The notes beneath the pieces are model-generated. The model saw nothing but the letters and a program-made list of their open reading frames with translations. It was not told the origin of the DNA and ran no database searches. A DNA stretch of 64,000 bases from Thermoanaerobaculia bacterium (lineage in GTDB: Bacteria > Acidobacteriota > Thermoanaerobaculia > Multivoradales > Multivoraceae): NCBI GenBank assembly GCA_963666565.1, contig OY762911.1, positions 1,728,001 through 1,792,000 on the forward strand, given 5' to 3'. This document shows, piece by piece, positions 21,601 to 32,211 of this stretch (positions within the stretch are counted from its first letter, which is position 1; each line of letters opens with the position of its first letter). Both the position numbers and the translations under genes were made by a program.

Positions 21601-21880
21601 CGCCGGACCACATCAGGTCGCCGCCGCCGCGGTCCTCGAACACGCTCCGCTCCGCCGAGAGGACGCTGCCGTCGGGCGCCGGCACTTCCAGCCAGGGCGG
21701 CGCGCTGCGCAGCAGGCCCAAGTCCACCTCCACCGCCGTCGGAACCGGCCCGATCGCCGGTCCTGGATCGTCAGCAGAGGACGCCTCCGCAACGCTCGGG
21801 ACGAGTGTCAGCAGCCGTTGCGCCTGAGCCGCCGGAGCCGTCGCCAGCAGCAACGCCGCCGGCAAGGCGCACCGCAACAT
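18653..21880 (-). CDS. secreted metzincin metalloprotease with Fn3 repeats and two C-terminal DPENWEVLxKVLDGC domains (paralog B)
   Basis: HEIGHNLGANH; same architecture as paralog A with long near-identical blocks. Confidence 0.9.
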   Translation of the reverse strand: MLRCALPAALLLATAPAAQAQRLLTLVPSVAEASSADDPGPAIGPVPTAVEVDLGLLRSAPPWLEVPAPDGSVLSAERSVFEDRGGGDLMWSGGHPDAGYDTVVLTVEGGRLVGRFGAAGGGAYQIHAASDGRGGMAPVGGPRPEGVPLCEVETIEEHPRDAAAHARAGSHAADLPVPVSSPQSHDRLDILVAYTATAAENWAGIGGPGAAIRHAGDYLKMVFRNNELPVEPHIVHAFRTSAVLDRAARDQRSPWRGLLDGLRDDGDVLRLRHEHRADLVHLFTGEGPALVGPCGRAFLLIRGFYDGPTPRNFHSGAFAWTSNAGYCDYVVTFVHEIGHNLGANHNPGSTRFPENAFRPYGFGHGDTDVMPSIGTAVSNLGQIEPFFSTPRFRPWGAVVGFAGARDNERLLQETVHIGARYSDYLRSLEGVPAPPSDLRIWREGEFLRLSWQGNAPEADGYEVRCFGGHDPTLRVDGRNEATIPLERPEPGTTYQCWVVATKGEERSLRSGYAFLSIPGEPVAAPSDVVVEPSDSVLTVRWADNSDNEHGFEMLLLEGNEPIAREWVGVGAEGDFLTSKVQPRDRDYRVKVFASNPTARSEGAESETFRWRRHPLAPEPVTDVTATAIGPTTARVSWTGNRESDQYSVGAGLEGWGYTIWPVHGESVDIEGLARGGRYTFGVYAANEYGRSLPSLAHLTLGSRGAGPRAPSEVHVVESGVHWTTLGWKDNSNDELGFEVQWGGTRSALVPPDTTTTVISSDFVNRRTELRVFAYNERGFSLPGVLGAASPAGRCEADAETLCLRDSRFEVKMRWRNAAWEYGAGRVVPAGTNDSGLFFFFDPENWEVLIKVLDGCSVNGRMWVLGASTTDLWYRIDVKDTLMGDSRSYWNEPGQPAAAIVDTEAFPLPCGTVATTGSPFAKPLGGKASRRPAAGARASVPEVAAGRATERCEAGATTLCLGSGRFAVGIEASTAGGERHEGLVARVGTDKAGLFHFFDPENWEVLVKVLDGCSINGHHWVFAASATDMGLDLRVEDGVTGGMRTYRTTAGQPAPAIVDTEALACAAGAVRGGDNA

Positions 21881-22127
21881 TGTCTCTCGGACTCTGAAAG
21901 GCAGTGAACCGATGCAAGATCTCACGAAGTCACTAGAATAGCCCCATAACCGGGCCGCGCAACCCGCAAGCCCCGGAGCCTCGGGCCGCCAGGCCGATGC
22001 CGCCGTCCCACATGCTCGGCGATCCGAGGTGAAGCCTCGTTAGCATTGGCGCGGCCAAGAGGGCTGGCCCCGCGGGCGCTCGTCGGTCCGCGTACTCCTG
22101 AAGACTGACGCAGCACGAAACCGGGTG

Positions 22128-23981
22128 ATGTCCGACAGTCGGTCCGCGTGGCGATTTCGTCTTCTGGCGCTCCCGGCGCTCATGGTTGCCGTCTCCGCGA
22201 TCCTCGGTTGCGCGGCGGCGGACGAGGGCACTTCGGAGCCGCCGACAGCGCTGTCTGCGGCCGCGCCGGCTGTGGGCGGCGTGCGGTTCGTCGACGTGAC
22301 CGCCGAGACCGGCCTCGACTTCGTTCACGCGACCGGCTCGGCGGGGTCGTACCCGATGCCGGCGATCATGGGCGGCGGCGTCGCGGCGTTCGACGCCGAT
22401 GGCGACGGCCTGCTCGATCTCTACTTCCCGAACGCGGGCAGCAAGATCGCCGGCGAGGCGGGTCGTAATCGCTTCTACCGGCAGGGCCCGCGCGGCCGCT
22501 TCGCGGACGCGACGGCTGATTCCGGACTCGACAACCCGGGCTACGGCATGGGCGCCGCGGTCGGCGACATCGACAACGACGGCGACCTCGACCTCTACGT
22601 GACGAATCTGGGCGCCGACGTGTTCTACCGGAACGAGGGCGCAGGCCGCTTCGTCGACGCGACGGCGTCCTTCGGCGTCGCGACGCCCGGCTGGTCGACC
22701 TCGGCGGTGTTCTTCGACGCGGATCTCGACGGCTGGCTCGACCTCTACGTCGCCCGCTACGTCCAGTGGCACGAGGCGCGGGAGTGCCAAGTCCAGGGCG
22801 GGCGGGTGGACTACTGCGGTCCGCAGCAGTTCGAGGGCGAGGCGGACGTGTTCTACCGGAACGAGGGCGGCCGCCGCTTCGTCGACGGCAGCCGGGGCGC
22901 CGGCATCTCGCTGATCGAGGACGCCGGCCTGGGGGTCGCCGCGGCGGACCTGGACGAGGACGGACGGCCCGACGTCTACGTCGCCAACGACGCCGACCCG
23001 AACCAGCTCTGGATCAATCGGGGCGGCGCGGCGTTCGAGGATGACGCGGTGCTGCTCGGCGCGGCCTACAATCGGTTCGGGGTCGGCGAGGCGGGAATGG
23101 GCACAGCACTGGGCGACATCGACGGCGATCTGGACCTCGACCTGTTCCTGAGCCACCTGATCGAGGAGACGAACACGCTGTACGTGAACCTGGGCGGCGC
23201 GCCGGGAGCGCCGGAGGGCTTCGAGGACCGGGCGGCCGAGGCTGGCCTGGCGGCGCCGAGCACGCCCTACACGGGCTTCGGCGCGGCGTTCTTCGACGCC
23301 GACAACGACGGCGACCTGGACCTCGCCGTGGTCAACGGGGCGGTCAAGCGGCGCCCGGAGACACTCTCGGAGCGCGACGACTGGTTCTGGCGCGGCTACG
23401 CCGAGCCGAATCTGCTGATGCTGGGCGACGGCGCGGCCGTCTTCGCCGACGCGAGCGGCGCTTCGGGCGACTTCGGAACGGCGCTCGACGTGAGCCGCGG
23501 CCTGGTTCCCTTCGACCTGGAGGGCGACGGCGACCTGGACCTGCTGGTCAGCAACCTGGAGGGGCCGGCGCGAATCTACCGCAACGAGACGATCGCGGCG
23601 CCGGCCGCCGAAGGTCCCGCCGTGTCCGGCAGCGACGCGCCGCCGCTCCCCGGCGATCCCGCCGTGTTCAGCACCGAAGCGGCGTCCCCGCCAGCGAGGC
23701 AGGGCCGAGGCTGGGTGCGGCTTCACGTCGTCGATCCCGAACTGCGTCGGACCGCCATCGGCGCTTCGGTCGTCGCGTGGGTCGATGGGCGGCCGCTGCA
23801 CCGCCTCGTGCTGCCGCTCGGCGGCTATCTGACCGGCGGCGAGGCGCCGCTCCACATCGGTCTCCGCGACGCTGCCGGAGTGGAGCGCTTCGAGGTGACC
23901 TGGCCCGGCGGTGCGCTCGAGGAGTTCGACGGCGCCGCCAGCGGCAGCGAAGTGACCTTTCTCCGCGGAGAAGGCCGATGA
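22128..23981 (+). CDS. CRTAC1/ASPIC-UnbV family FG-GAP repeat lipoprotein
   Basis: ILGC lipobox, repeated DxDxDGxLDL motifs, RFVDVTAETGL, C-terminal GYL..HIGL..EVTWPGG. Confidence 0.9.
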   Translation: MSDSRSAWRFRLLALPALMVAVSAILGCAAADEGTSEPPTALSAAAPAVGGVRFVDVTAETGLDFVHATGSAGSYPMPAIMGGGVAAFDADGDGLLDLYFPNAGSKIAGEAGRNRFYRQGPRGRFADATADSGLDNPGYGMGAAVGDIDNDGDLDLYVTNLGADVFYRNEGAGRFVDATASFGVATPGWSTSAVFFDADLDGWLDLYVARYVQWHEARECQVQGGRVDYCGPQQFEGEADVFYRNEGGRRFVDGSRGAGISLIEDAGLGVAAADLDEDGRPDVYVANDADPNQLWINRGGAAFEDDAVLLGAAYNRFGVGEAGMGTALGDIDGDLDLDLFLSHLIEETNTLYVNLGGAPGAPEGFEDRAAEAGLAAPSTPYTGFGAAFFDADNDGDLDLAVVNGAVKRRPETLSERDDWFWRGYAEPNLLMLGDGAAVFADASGASGDFGTALDVSRGLVPFDLEGDGDLDLLVSNLEGPARIYRNETIAAPAAEGPAVSGSDAPPLPGDPAVFSTEAASPPARQGRGWVRLHVVDPELRRTAIGASVVAWVDGRPLHRLVLPLGGYLTGGEAPLHIGLRDAAGVERFEVTWPGGALEEFDGAASGSEVTFLRGEGR

Positions 23982-25417
23982 GGGTGCGGGGAAAGGCGGC
24001 GCCGGCCACTGGCCGGCGCGTCTTTCTGGCCGTCTGCGGCGGCAGCGGGTCGGAAGACCCGCGCACCCAGCGACCGACCACTGGGTGCGCGGGTCCTCTG
24101 ACCCGCATCCGAAGCGGCATGGTCGCCTCGACTCTCCTCCTCCTTCCCGCCGTCACCCAAGCCACCCAACTCCCCACACCCGACCTCACCGCCGTCGAAC
24201 CCCGCGTACGCGCCGCCGTCGAGAAGGACCTCGCCACCGCAACCCGCGAACCCGACTCGGCCTCCACCTGGGGCCGCCTCGCCATGACCCTCCATGCCCA
24301 CCAGTTCGACGAGGAGGCCGCGGCCGCCTACGCCGAGGCCTCGCGCCTGGCCCCCGGCGACTTCCGCTGGATCTACCTGCGCGCCAACGTGGAAGAGGCG
24401 CGCGATCCAACCGCGGCGGCGGCGCTGTATCGCCGGGCCGTCGAACTCGACCCCGCGTACGCGCCGGCCCGCATCCGGCTCGCTTCCGCCCTGGAGAAGA
24501 TCGACCTCGCCGCCGGCGCGGACGAGCATTACCGGGAAGCCGCGCGTCTCGAACCCGACAACGCGGTGGCGCACCTCGGCCTCGGCCGGCTGGCCCTCGC
24601 ACACGGCGAGGTCGACGAGGCCATCCGCCACCTCGAACGGGCCTACGAGCTGAGCCCCGAGACCCAGGCCGTCGTCGCCATGCTGTCGCGCGCCCGGCAC
24701 CGGTCGGGCGACCGCGCGGGGGCCAGACGGCTTGCCCAGGCGGCGCGTGGCCTGCCGCCGCTGCTCCACCAGCGCGACCCGCGGCGCGCCCAAGTCGACC
24801 TGCTTGCCGTGGACTCGGAGAGCTTCCTGCGCCGGAGCAAGACCTACCGCGAGACGGGTCAGTTGCAGGCTTCGCTCGGAGAACTGCGGCGGCTGATCGA
24901 ACTGGAACCCGGCAACGCCCAGGCGCACTTCGCGGCGGCCGGCGTGTACGACCGGATGAACCGGCCGCGGGAGGCGGCCGCGTCGGCGCGGCGCGCTCTC
25001 GAACTCGATGCCGAACTGGCGGGCGGACGGGCCGTGCTGGCGGGCGCGCTGTTCAAGCTCGGACAGTTCGGGGAGGCGGCCGCCGAAGCCGAGCGGGTCC
25101 TCGCCGAGGACCCGGCCGACATCCACATGTTGCTCGTCACCACCATGCTGGCGATGCGGGAGAACGACGTGGCGCGGGCTCTTGAGCGGCTCGACCGAGC
25201 GGCCGGGGCCGGCGCCTCGGATGCCCGGATGCGGGATCTGATGGTGCAACTCCAGCTCGAACTGGCCGATGCCCTGGGCGGCGCCGGCTTCTACGACGAC
25301 GCGGCGCGCCGGATAGAGCAGGTGGTCGAGACGCTGGAACGCGCCGGCGCGGCGGAGGCGGAGCTGCAGCCGCACCGCCGCCGGCTTGCCCTGTATCGCG
25401 AGAGGGCACGCGGATGA
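23978..25417 (+). CDS. tetratricopeptide-repeat protein (alternative start ATG 24119)
   Basis: Repeated A..Y..A.eLdP TPR motifs; ATGA-coupled to both neighbours. Confidence 0.85.
   Translation: MRVRGKAAPATGRRVFLAVCGGSGSEDPRTQRPTTGCAGPLTRIRSGMVASTLLLLPAVTQATQLPTPDLTAVEPRVRAAVEKDLATATREPDSASTWGRLAMTLHAHQFDEEAAAAYAEASRLAPGDFRWIYLRANVEEARDPTAAAALYRRAVELDPAYAPARIRLASALEKIDLAAGADEHYREAARLEPDNAVAHLGLGRLALAHGEVDEAIRHLERAYELSPETQAVVAMLSRARHRSGDRAGARRLAQAARGLPPLLHQRDPRRAQVDLLAVDSESFLRRSKTYRETGQLQASLGELRRLIELEPGNAQAHFAAAGVYDRMNRPREAAASARRALELDAELAGGRAVLAGALFKLGQFGEAAAEAERVLAEDPADIHMLLVTTMLAMRENDVARALERLDRAAGAGASDARMRDLMVQLQLELADALGGAGFYDDAARRIEQVVETLERAGAAEAELQPHRRRLALYRERARG
24028..24110. repeat. inverted REP doublet (REPIN-like)
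   Basis: GCGGGTCGGAAGACCCGCGCACCCAG, 10-nt spacer, CTGGGTGCGCGGGTCCTCTGACCCGC. Confidence 0.85.
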
Positions 25418-26907
25418 TTGCGCCCGGATCGAAGACCGCGGCGCCGGTACGCGTCCGGGTGGCGCCGTCGCCGACCGGCGACCCCCACGTCGGCACGGCG
25501 TACCAGGCGCTGGTCAACCTCGCCTTCGCGCGCAGACGCGGCGGCACGTTCGTGTTGCGGATCGAGGACACGGACCGTGCGCGCTCGAGCCGCAAGTCGG
25601 AGGCGGCGATCGTCGAGGCTCTGCGCTGGCTCGGGCTGGACTGGGACGAGGGGCCGTACCGCCAGAGTGAGCGGCTGGACCTCTACCGCTCGGAGGTCGA
25701 CCGCCTGCTCGCCGTGGGCAGCTCCTATCGTTGCTTCTGCACCCGGGAGCGGCTCGACGAGATGCGCCGCGAGAACCGTGCCCAGCAGCGCTTCCCGGGC
25801 TACGACCGCCGGTGCCGTGACCTGCCGGCAGCCGAGGCCGAGCGACGGGCGGCGGCGGGGGAGCCCCACACGGTCCGCCTGGCCATGCCGACCGAGGGCG
25901 AATGCGTCATGCAGGACCTCCTGCGCGGCGAGATCCGCCGCGAGTGGGAACTGATCGACGACCAAGTCATCCTCAAGGCCGACGGCTACCCGACCTACCA
26001 CCTCGCATGCACCGTCGACGACCACGAGATGGCGGTCAGCCACGTGATCCGCGGCGAGGAGTGGATCAACTCGCTGCCGAAGCACCTGCGGCTCTACGAG
26101 GCGCTCGGCTACGAGCCGCCGGTCTTTTGCCACCTGCCGCTGCTTCGCAACAACGACGCGAACCGCTCCAAGCTATCCAAGCGCCGCAACCCCACCTCGA
26201 TCACCTGGTTCCGTGACGCCGGCTTCCTGCCCGAGGCGCTGCTGAACTTCCTGGGACTGATGGTGTCGAGCCGTGGGGAGGGCGAGGAGAAGTTCAGCTT
26301 TGAGCAACTCGTCGACGGCTTCGCCCTGGAGGACATCTCGCTCGGCGGCCCCGTCTTCGACCTCGACAAGCTGCGCTGGCTGAACGCCCGCTACCTGCGC
26401 GAGGACTACGACGCGGCCGGCCTCGCCGGTCTGGTGCGCGAGTGGTCTATGGGGCAGGAGCGTCTGGCCGGAATCGCCGCCCTCGCCCAGCCGCGGCTTG
26501 AGACGCTGGGCGACTGGGGACGGTTGACGAACTTCCTGTTCGTCGACGCGCCCGAAGTCGACCGCGAGAAGCTCGTCGTCAAGGGTCTGGAAGAGGCCCG
26601 GATCGCCGAAGCGTTTCAGTTCATGCTCTGGACGCTGGAGCGCGAACAGGAGTTCACCGCCGACGTCGTCCAGGGCCACTTCCGTCGCCTGTCCGAGGCC
26701 CTCGGCATCAGCCTGCGCAACCTGACCCGCCCCTTCTACGTCGCCATGTCGGGCGAGACGGCGTCATTGCCGCTGTTCCAGTCGATGGAGATCCTCGGCC
26801 CCGACCTCGTCCGCGCCCGCATCCGCCGCGCCATCGAGGCGCTGGGCGGCATCTCGGGCAAGCGGCTGAAGAAGCTGCAGAAGAGGTTTGACGAACTCGG
26901 CGGGTAG
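25414..26907 (+). CDS. gltX: glutamate--tRNA ligase
   Basis: RVAPSPTGDPHVGT, LRIEDTD, PTYHLA, HVIRGEEW, KLSKR. Confidence 0.96.
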   Translation: MIAPGSKTAAPVRVRVAPSPTGDPHVGTAYQALVNLAFARRRGGTFVLRIEDTDRARSSRKSEAAIVEALRWLGLDWDEGPYRQSERLDLYRSEVDRLLAVGSSYRCFCTRERLDEMRRENRAQQRFPGYDRRCRDLPAAEAERRAAAGEPHTVRLAMPTEGECVMQDLLRGEIRREWELIDDQVILKADGYPTYHLACTVDDHEMAVSHVIRGEEWINSLPKHLRLYEALGYEPPVFCHLPLLRNNDANRSKLSKRRNPTSITWFRDAGFLPEALLNFLGLMVSSRGEGEEKFSFEQLVDGFALEDISLGGPVFDLDKLRWLNARYLREDYDAAGLAGLVREWSMGQERLAGIAALAQPRLETLGDWGRLTNFLFVDAPEVDREKLVVKGLEEARIAEAFQFMLWTLEREQEFTADVVQGHFRRLSEALGISLRNLTRPFYVAMSGETASLPLFQSMEILGPDLVRARIRRAIEALGGISGKRLKKLQKRFDELGG

Positions 26908-26911
26908 TGCC

Positions 26912-27130
26912 CTATGCGTAGCCGCCCGCCGCCACCCTGTCGAGATGGGCGTGGACATGTTCGGCCCTTCCCTCCCGCAGCAGCAGGGCCGCAGTTGCGC
27001 CGGCGAAGCCCGGCAGCGGCTCCGCGCGAAACCAAGCGTAGGCCGCGAGCGTCGAGCCAGTCTCGGCTTCGACTCGGTTCAGGATCTCCACCATCTGGCG
27101 GAGACGGACCTTTGCGGGAACAGGTCGAAG
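26912..27130 (-). pseudogene. C-terminal remnant of an Xre/MbcA/ParS-type antitoxin
   Basis: RLRQMVEILNRVE..LAAYAWFRAEPLPGFAGATA..LLREGRA matches the toxin-binding domain style; no N-terminal HTH and no RES toxin partner. Confidence 0.6.
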
Positions 27131-27250
27131 ACCCGCTCTGCCCAGGCGCAGGCGCCAGCGGCCCGGTGACCGCAACGCACGGGCGTCGGTGGACGGTTCG
27201 ATCGGAAAGAGCTAAAGTAGCTCCTTTAGCTGCTGCCAGCGTACGTCTTC

Positions 27251-27502
27251 ATGCAAGTCACCACCGCCCGGGAAGCCAAGAACCGATTCGGACAGTTGCT
27301 GGACCGTGCGCAACGCCGTCCCGTCGCCATTTCCAGGAACGGTCGCGCGGTGACCGTCATGTTGTCGGTCGAGCAGTACGAGCGGCTTCGCGGCGCCGCG
27401 TGGGCCCGGTTGGCCGGCATCATGGACGCCATGTCGGCGGAAGCCGCGGCCAACGGGCTGACGGACGCGACGCTGGAGGCGCTCCTTGCCGACGAGAGCT
27501 GA
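27251..27502 (+). CDS. Phd/YefM family antitoxin
   Basis: TAREAKNRFGQLLD..PVAISRNGR..VMLSVEQYE. Confidence 0.9.
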   Translation: MQVTTAREAKNRFGQLLDRAQRRPVAISRNGRAVTVMLSVEQYERLRGAAWARLAGIMDAMSAEAAANGLTDATLEALLADES

Positions 27503-27653
27503 ACGGCTCGTCGTCGACACGAACGTGCTGATCAGCGCCGCGTTGCGAAGCGACACCCCGCCGCGGCAAGTGCTCGATGCCGTGCCGGGCATGCATCCGT
27601 TCCGGAGCATTCCCATCCTCGACCCGGCTGCGTTTCTGGCCGAACGGGCGTGA
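27492..27653 (+). pseudogene. internally deleted PIN-domain toxin
   Basis: Frame reads TRAERLVVDTNVLISAAL..RQVLDAV|PGMHPFRSIPILDPAAFL*, only 53 codons; begins at ACG rather than ATG. Confidence 0.75.
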
Positions 27654-27741
27654 GGGGGAGGCTTGCCGTCCGGCCGGCGAGCTGCAAGTCGGAGGACGGC
27701 GCGCCGGAAAGGCGCCGGCCCTCCGAAAGCCGTGCCAGGCC

Positions 27742-29445
<1,704 letters not shown>

Positions 29446-29508
29446 GGCGGCGGGGCGAGGCGGAATGCTGCGAAGCAGCGGAGGTTATCGCGCCTGGTTG
29501 CGCGTCGT

Positions 29509-30228
29509 TTAGCCGTCGAACCGGTAGCCGATCCCGTGAACCGTGACGATGAACTCCGGCTTGCCCGGGTTCGGTTCGATCTTCTGCCGCAGAGACGACA
29601 CGTGGACGTCGACGGTGCGGGTCGCCGGCGTCGCGTCGTAGCCCCAGACCTCGTCGAGCAGGCGGTTTCGGTCGTGGACCTCGCCGCGGTGCTCGATCAG
29701 GAACTTGAGCAGGCGGTACTCGAGCGCCGAGCAGGCGACTTCGGACTCGGCGCCGTCTTCGCCGCTGCGCCAGACCTGCGCGCGGTCGAAGTCGACGCGG
29801 ATGTCGCCGAAGCGGAAACCGTGGGCGTCGCCGGCAGAAGTCGCTGAGCCGGGCGTCTCTGCCTGGCTTCGCCGCAGCAGCGCTTCGATCCGCGCGAGCA
29901 GTTCCAGCGTCTCGAACGGCTTGGCGAGGTAGTCGTCGGCGCCCAGCTTCAGCCCGAGGACGCGGTCGACGAGTTCGTTGCGGGCGGTCAGCATCAGGAT
30001 GGGGACGGCGATGCCGTCCCGGCGAAGGTCGCGGCAGACATCGAAGCCGTTCTTGCCGGGCAGGTTGACGTCGAGCAGGACGAGGTCGAAGTCGCCGTCC
30101 ACGGCCAACCGCTGGCCCGAGGGGCCGTCGCCCGCGACCTCGACCTCGTAACCCTCGGCGGCCAGCCGGTCGCTCAACGTGCGGGCGAGGCTCGGCTCGT
30201 CCTCGACCAGGAGCAGGCGTGCGCTCAT
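29509..30228 (-). CDS. OmpR-family response regulator
   Basis: LLVEDE, LLDVNLP, MLTA, GADDYLAKPF, RTVDVHV..LRQKIE, GIGYRF. Confidence 0.95.
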   Translation of the reverse strand: MSARLLLVEDEPSLARTLSDRLAAEGYEVEVAGDGPSGQRLAVDGDFDLVLLDVNLPGKNGFDVCRDLRRDGIAVPILMLTARNELVDRVLGLKLGADDYLAKPFETLELLARIEALLRRSQAETPGSATSAGDAHGFRFGDIRVDFDRAQVWRSGEDGAESEVACSALEYRLLKFLIEHRGEVHDRNRLLDEVWGYDATPATRTVDVHVSSLRQKIEPNPGKPEFIVTVHGIGYRFDG

Positions 30229-32057
30229 GGAGCGTTCGCCGGCAGCACGACGCGGAACGTCGTCCGGCCGGGCTCGCTGTCCACGGCGATCGAGCCGCCG
30301 TGCTCTTCGATCGTGCTGCGGGCGAGGCTGAGGCCCAGGCCGGAACCGGGCAACGTGCTCTCGGTTGCCGCCCGGCCGCGGACGAAGGGCTCGAAGATGC
30401 GCCGCTGCTCGGCCTTCGGGATGCCGGGACCTCCGTCGGTGACGGAGACGACGACTCGTTGTCGGCCGGCGTCGCAACTGGCGACGACCCGTACCCGCGC
30501 GATGCCGTCGTCGCTCCGGCCGTACTTCACCGCGTTATGCAGGAGGTTCAGGAACACGCGAATCAGGGCGCTGCGGTCGCCGCTGACCGTCGGTAGATCG
30601 TCCAGTCCGTCGACTTCCAGTTCAACGCCGTTCTCGTCCACGAACCAGTTCGATTCGGCGATTGTCGTGCGCAGCAGTTCGCTCAGGTCGATCTCGACCG
30701 GGGCTTTCCGCGCCGAAGTCCGGCCGATGCCCGCCCACTGGAGCGCCTGTTCGACCAGCCGCATGAGTCGGCGCCCCTCGCGGTCGATGAGTTCGCCGTA
30801 GCCGCGGACATCCTCCGGCTCGCGGACGACGCCGGCACGCAGGTTCTCGCCCGCCGAACGGATCGCCTGGAGCGGCGTGTTCAGTTCGTGGGACACGCCG
30901 GCCACGAAGTCGACCTGCTGCGCCGCCAGCGCCCGGGCCCGACGGGCGGAGACCAGGACCAGCGCGAAGGCGACGCCGATCAGGAACAGGGCGCCGGAAC
31001 TGATGTAGAGGTTGCGCCGGCGGGCCGCCTCCGTGGCGGCTTCGAGCGATCCTCGGCGGTGCGTGATGCGCACCAGCCAGGCGCCGTCCGTCAGGTCCGG
31101 TTCGGCCGCGCCGCCCCGACGCGCTCGCTCGCCGAACAGGAAGAGACGCCGGTCGTCGCGGTCGATCGGTCGGAAGTCCGGCCCGTCGCGGCGTTCGGGG
31201 AACGGCCGCGTCCGAAGCGCCCGGAACTCGATGTCCGCGGTTCCGGATGGGTTCCTGGACGTGCGCCCTGGAGGGCTGGCCGGCTCGGGATAGAGATGGC
31301 GCGGCGCGGGACCGGACACGTCGGTCACCGAAACCAGGTACGGCGGCGCCTCGCCTGGAGACCCGGCGCCGAAGTGGTGTTCGATCAGCGCGGGCAGCAT
31401 CTCCCGTTCGAGCACCGCGACGTCCAGGCTGGCCACGATCAGGGTCGCCCGTGGGCCGGGCCGGCCGCCGGGTGTACGGGCGGGGACCGGAATCACCAGT
31501 CGATCCGGACGGGCCTCGGGCGGGTGGCGGTCTGGCGGCCGCAAGGGGCGAACCAGCTCGTTCAGGTCGTCGGGTCCCGGGTCCGGCTGCAATCGGCCGC
31601 TGTCCTCGTCGAGCCGGGAGGCGACGAGCGTTCCTTCGCGGCGGTCGGCGAAGACGATCCAGGTCTCGTCCAGAAGGTCCGGAAAGGCGGCGATCTCGCG
31701 CCAGTCCCGTACGGCTCGCGCGACCAGCACCTCGGACGATTCCGACGCGCCGCCCCGGCCACGGCGCGGATCGTCCCGGGCCGCAAGCCAGGCCCCTGCC
31801 GCGGCCGTTCGCCGACCGATGCGCTGGAAGGAGGCATGGAGCTGAGCCAGCGGGGCGTCGATGTCGTTGGCGAGCAACCGGCTCGACTCCTCCAGGTTCG
31901 CCCGCATCCGCTCGTTGGCGGCGGTGCTCAGCTCGCCGGTCCAGCGGTACTGCAGGACGGCGAGCGTCACGAGCAGCAACGAGGCGGCCACCGCGACGAA
32001 CAGGGTCCAGCGGTCGCCCGAATCGCGTGCTTTCGGCGGGATGCCGGCGGCGGGCAT
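30225..32057 (-). CDS. sensor histidine kinase
   Basis: Two TM segments, SHELNTPL H-box, NLLHNAVKY, DGGPGI, GSGLGL. Confidence 0.95.
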   Translation of the reverse strand: MPAAGIPPKARDSGDRWTLFVAVAASLLLVTLAVLQYRWTGELSTAANERMRANLEESSRLLANDIDAPLAQLHASFQRIGRRTAAAGAWLAARDDPRRGRGGASESSEVLVARAVRDWREIAAFPDLLDETWIVFADRREGTLVASRLDEDSGRLQPDPGPDDLNELVRPLRPPDRHPPEARPDRLVIPVPARTPGGRPGPRATLIVASLDVAVLEREMLPALIEHHFGAGSPGEAPPYLVSVTDVSGPAPRHLYPEPASPPGRTSRNPSGTADIEFRALRTRPFPERRDGPDFRPIDRDDRRLFLFGERARRGGAAEPDLTDGAWLVRITHRRGSLEAATEAARRRNLYISSGALFLIGVAFALVLVSARRARALAAQQVDFVAGVSHELNTPLQAIRSAGENLRAGVVREPEDVRGYGELIDREGRRLMRLVEQALQWAGIGRTSARKAPVEIDLSELLRTTIAESNWFVDENGVELEVDGLDDLPTVSGDRSALIRVFLNLLHNAVKYGRSDDGIARVRVVASCDAGRQRVVVSVTDGGPGIPKAEQRRIFEPFVRGRAATESTLPGSGLGLSLARSTIEEHGGSIAVDSEPGRTTFRVVLPANAP

Positions 32058-32211
32058 GGTTGGCAGTCTAGCGCCGCGGAAACGTCGTCAATGGAGGGCT
32101 TTACAAGCGTTACGAACATCTTTCAGAGGCTTGATGACTTCGCCCCGAAGCGGCCCGTAGGGTTATCCGGCCTTGAAAACGACGAACCCTGAAACCGATA
32201 GGAGACACGAG

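Noticed and set aside
15396-21880. Diversity-generating retroelement (TR/VR-like near-identical blocks)
   Set aside because: No reverse transcriptase in the window; differences are not adenine-restricted and both copies are full genes
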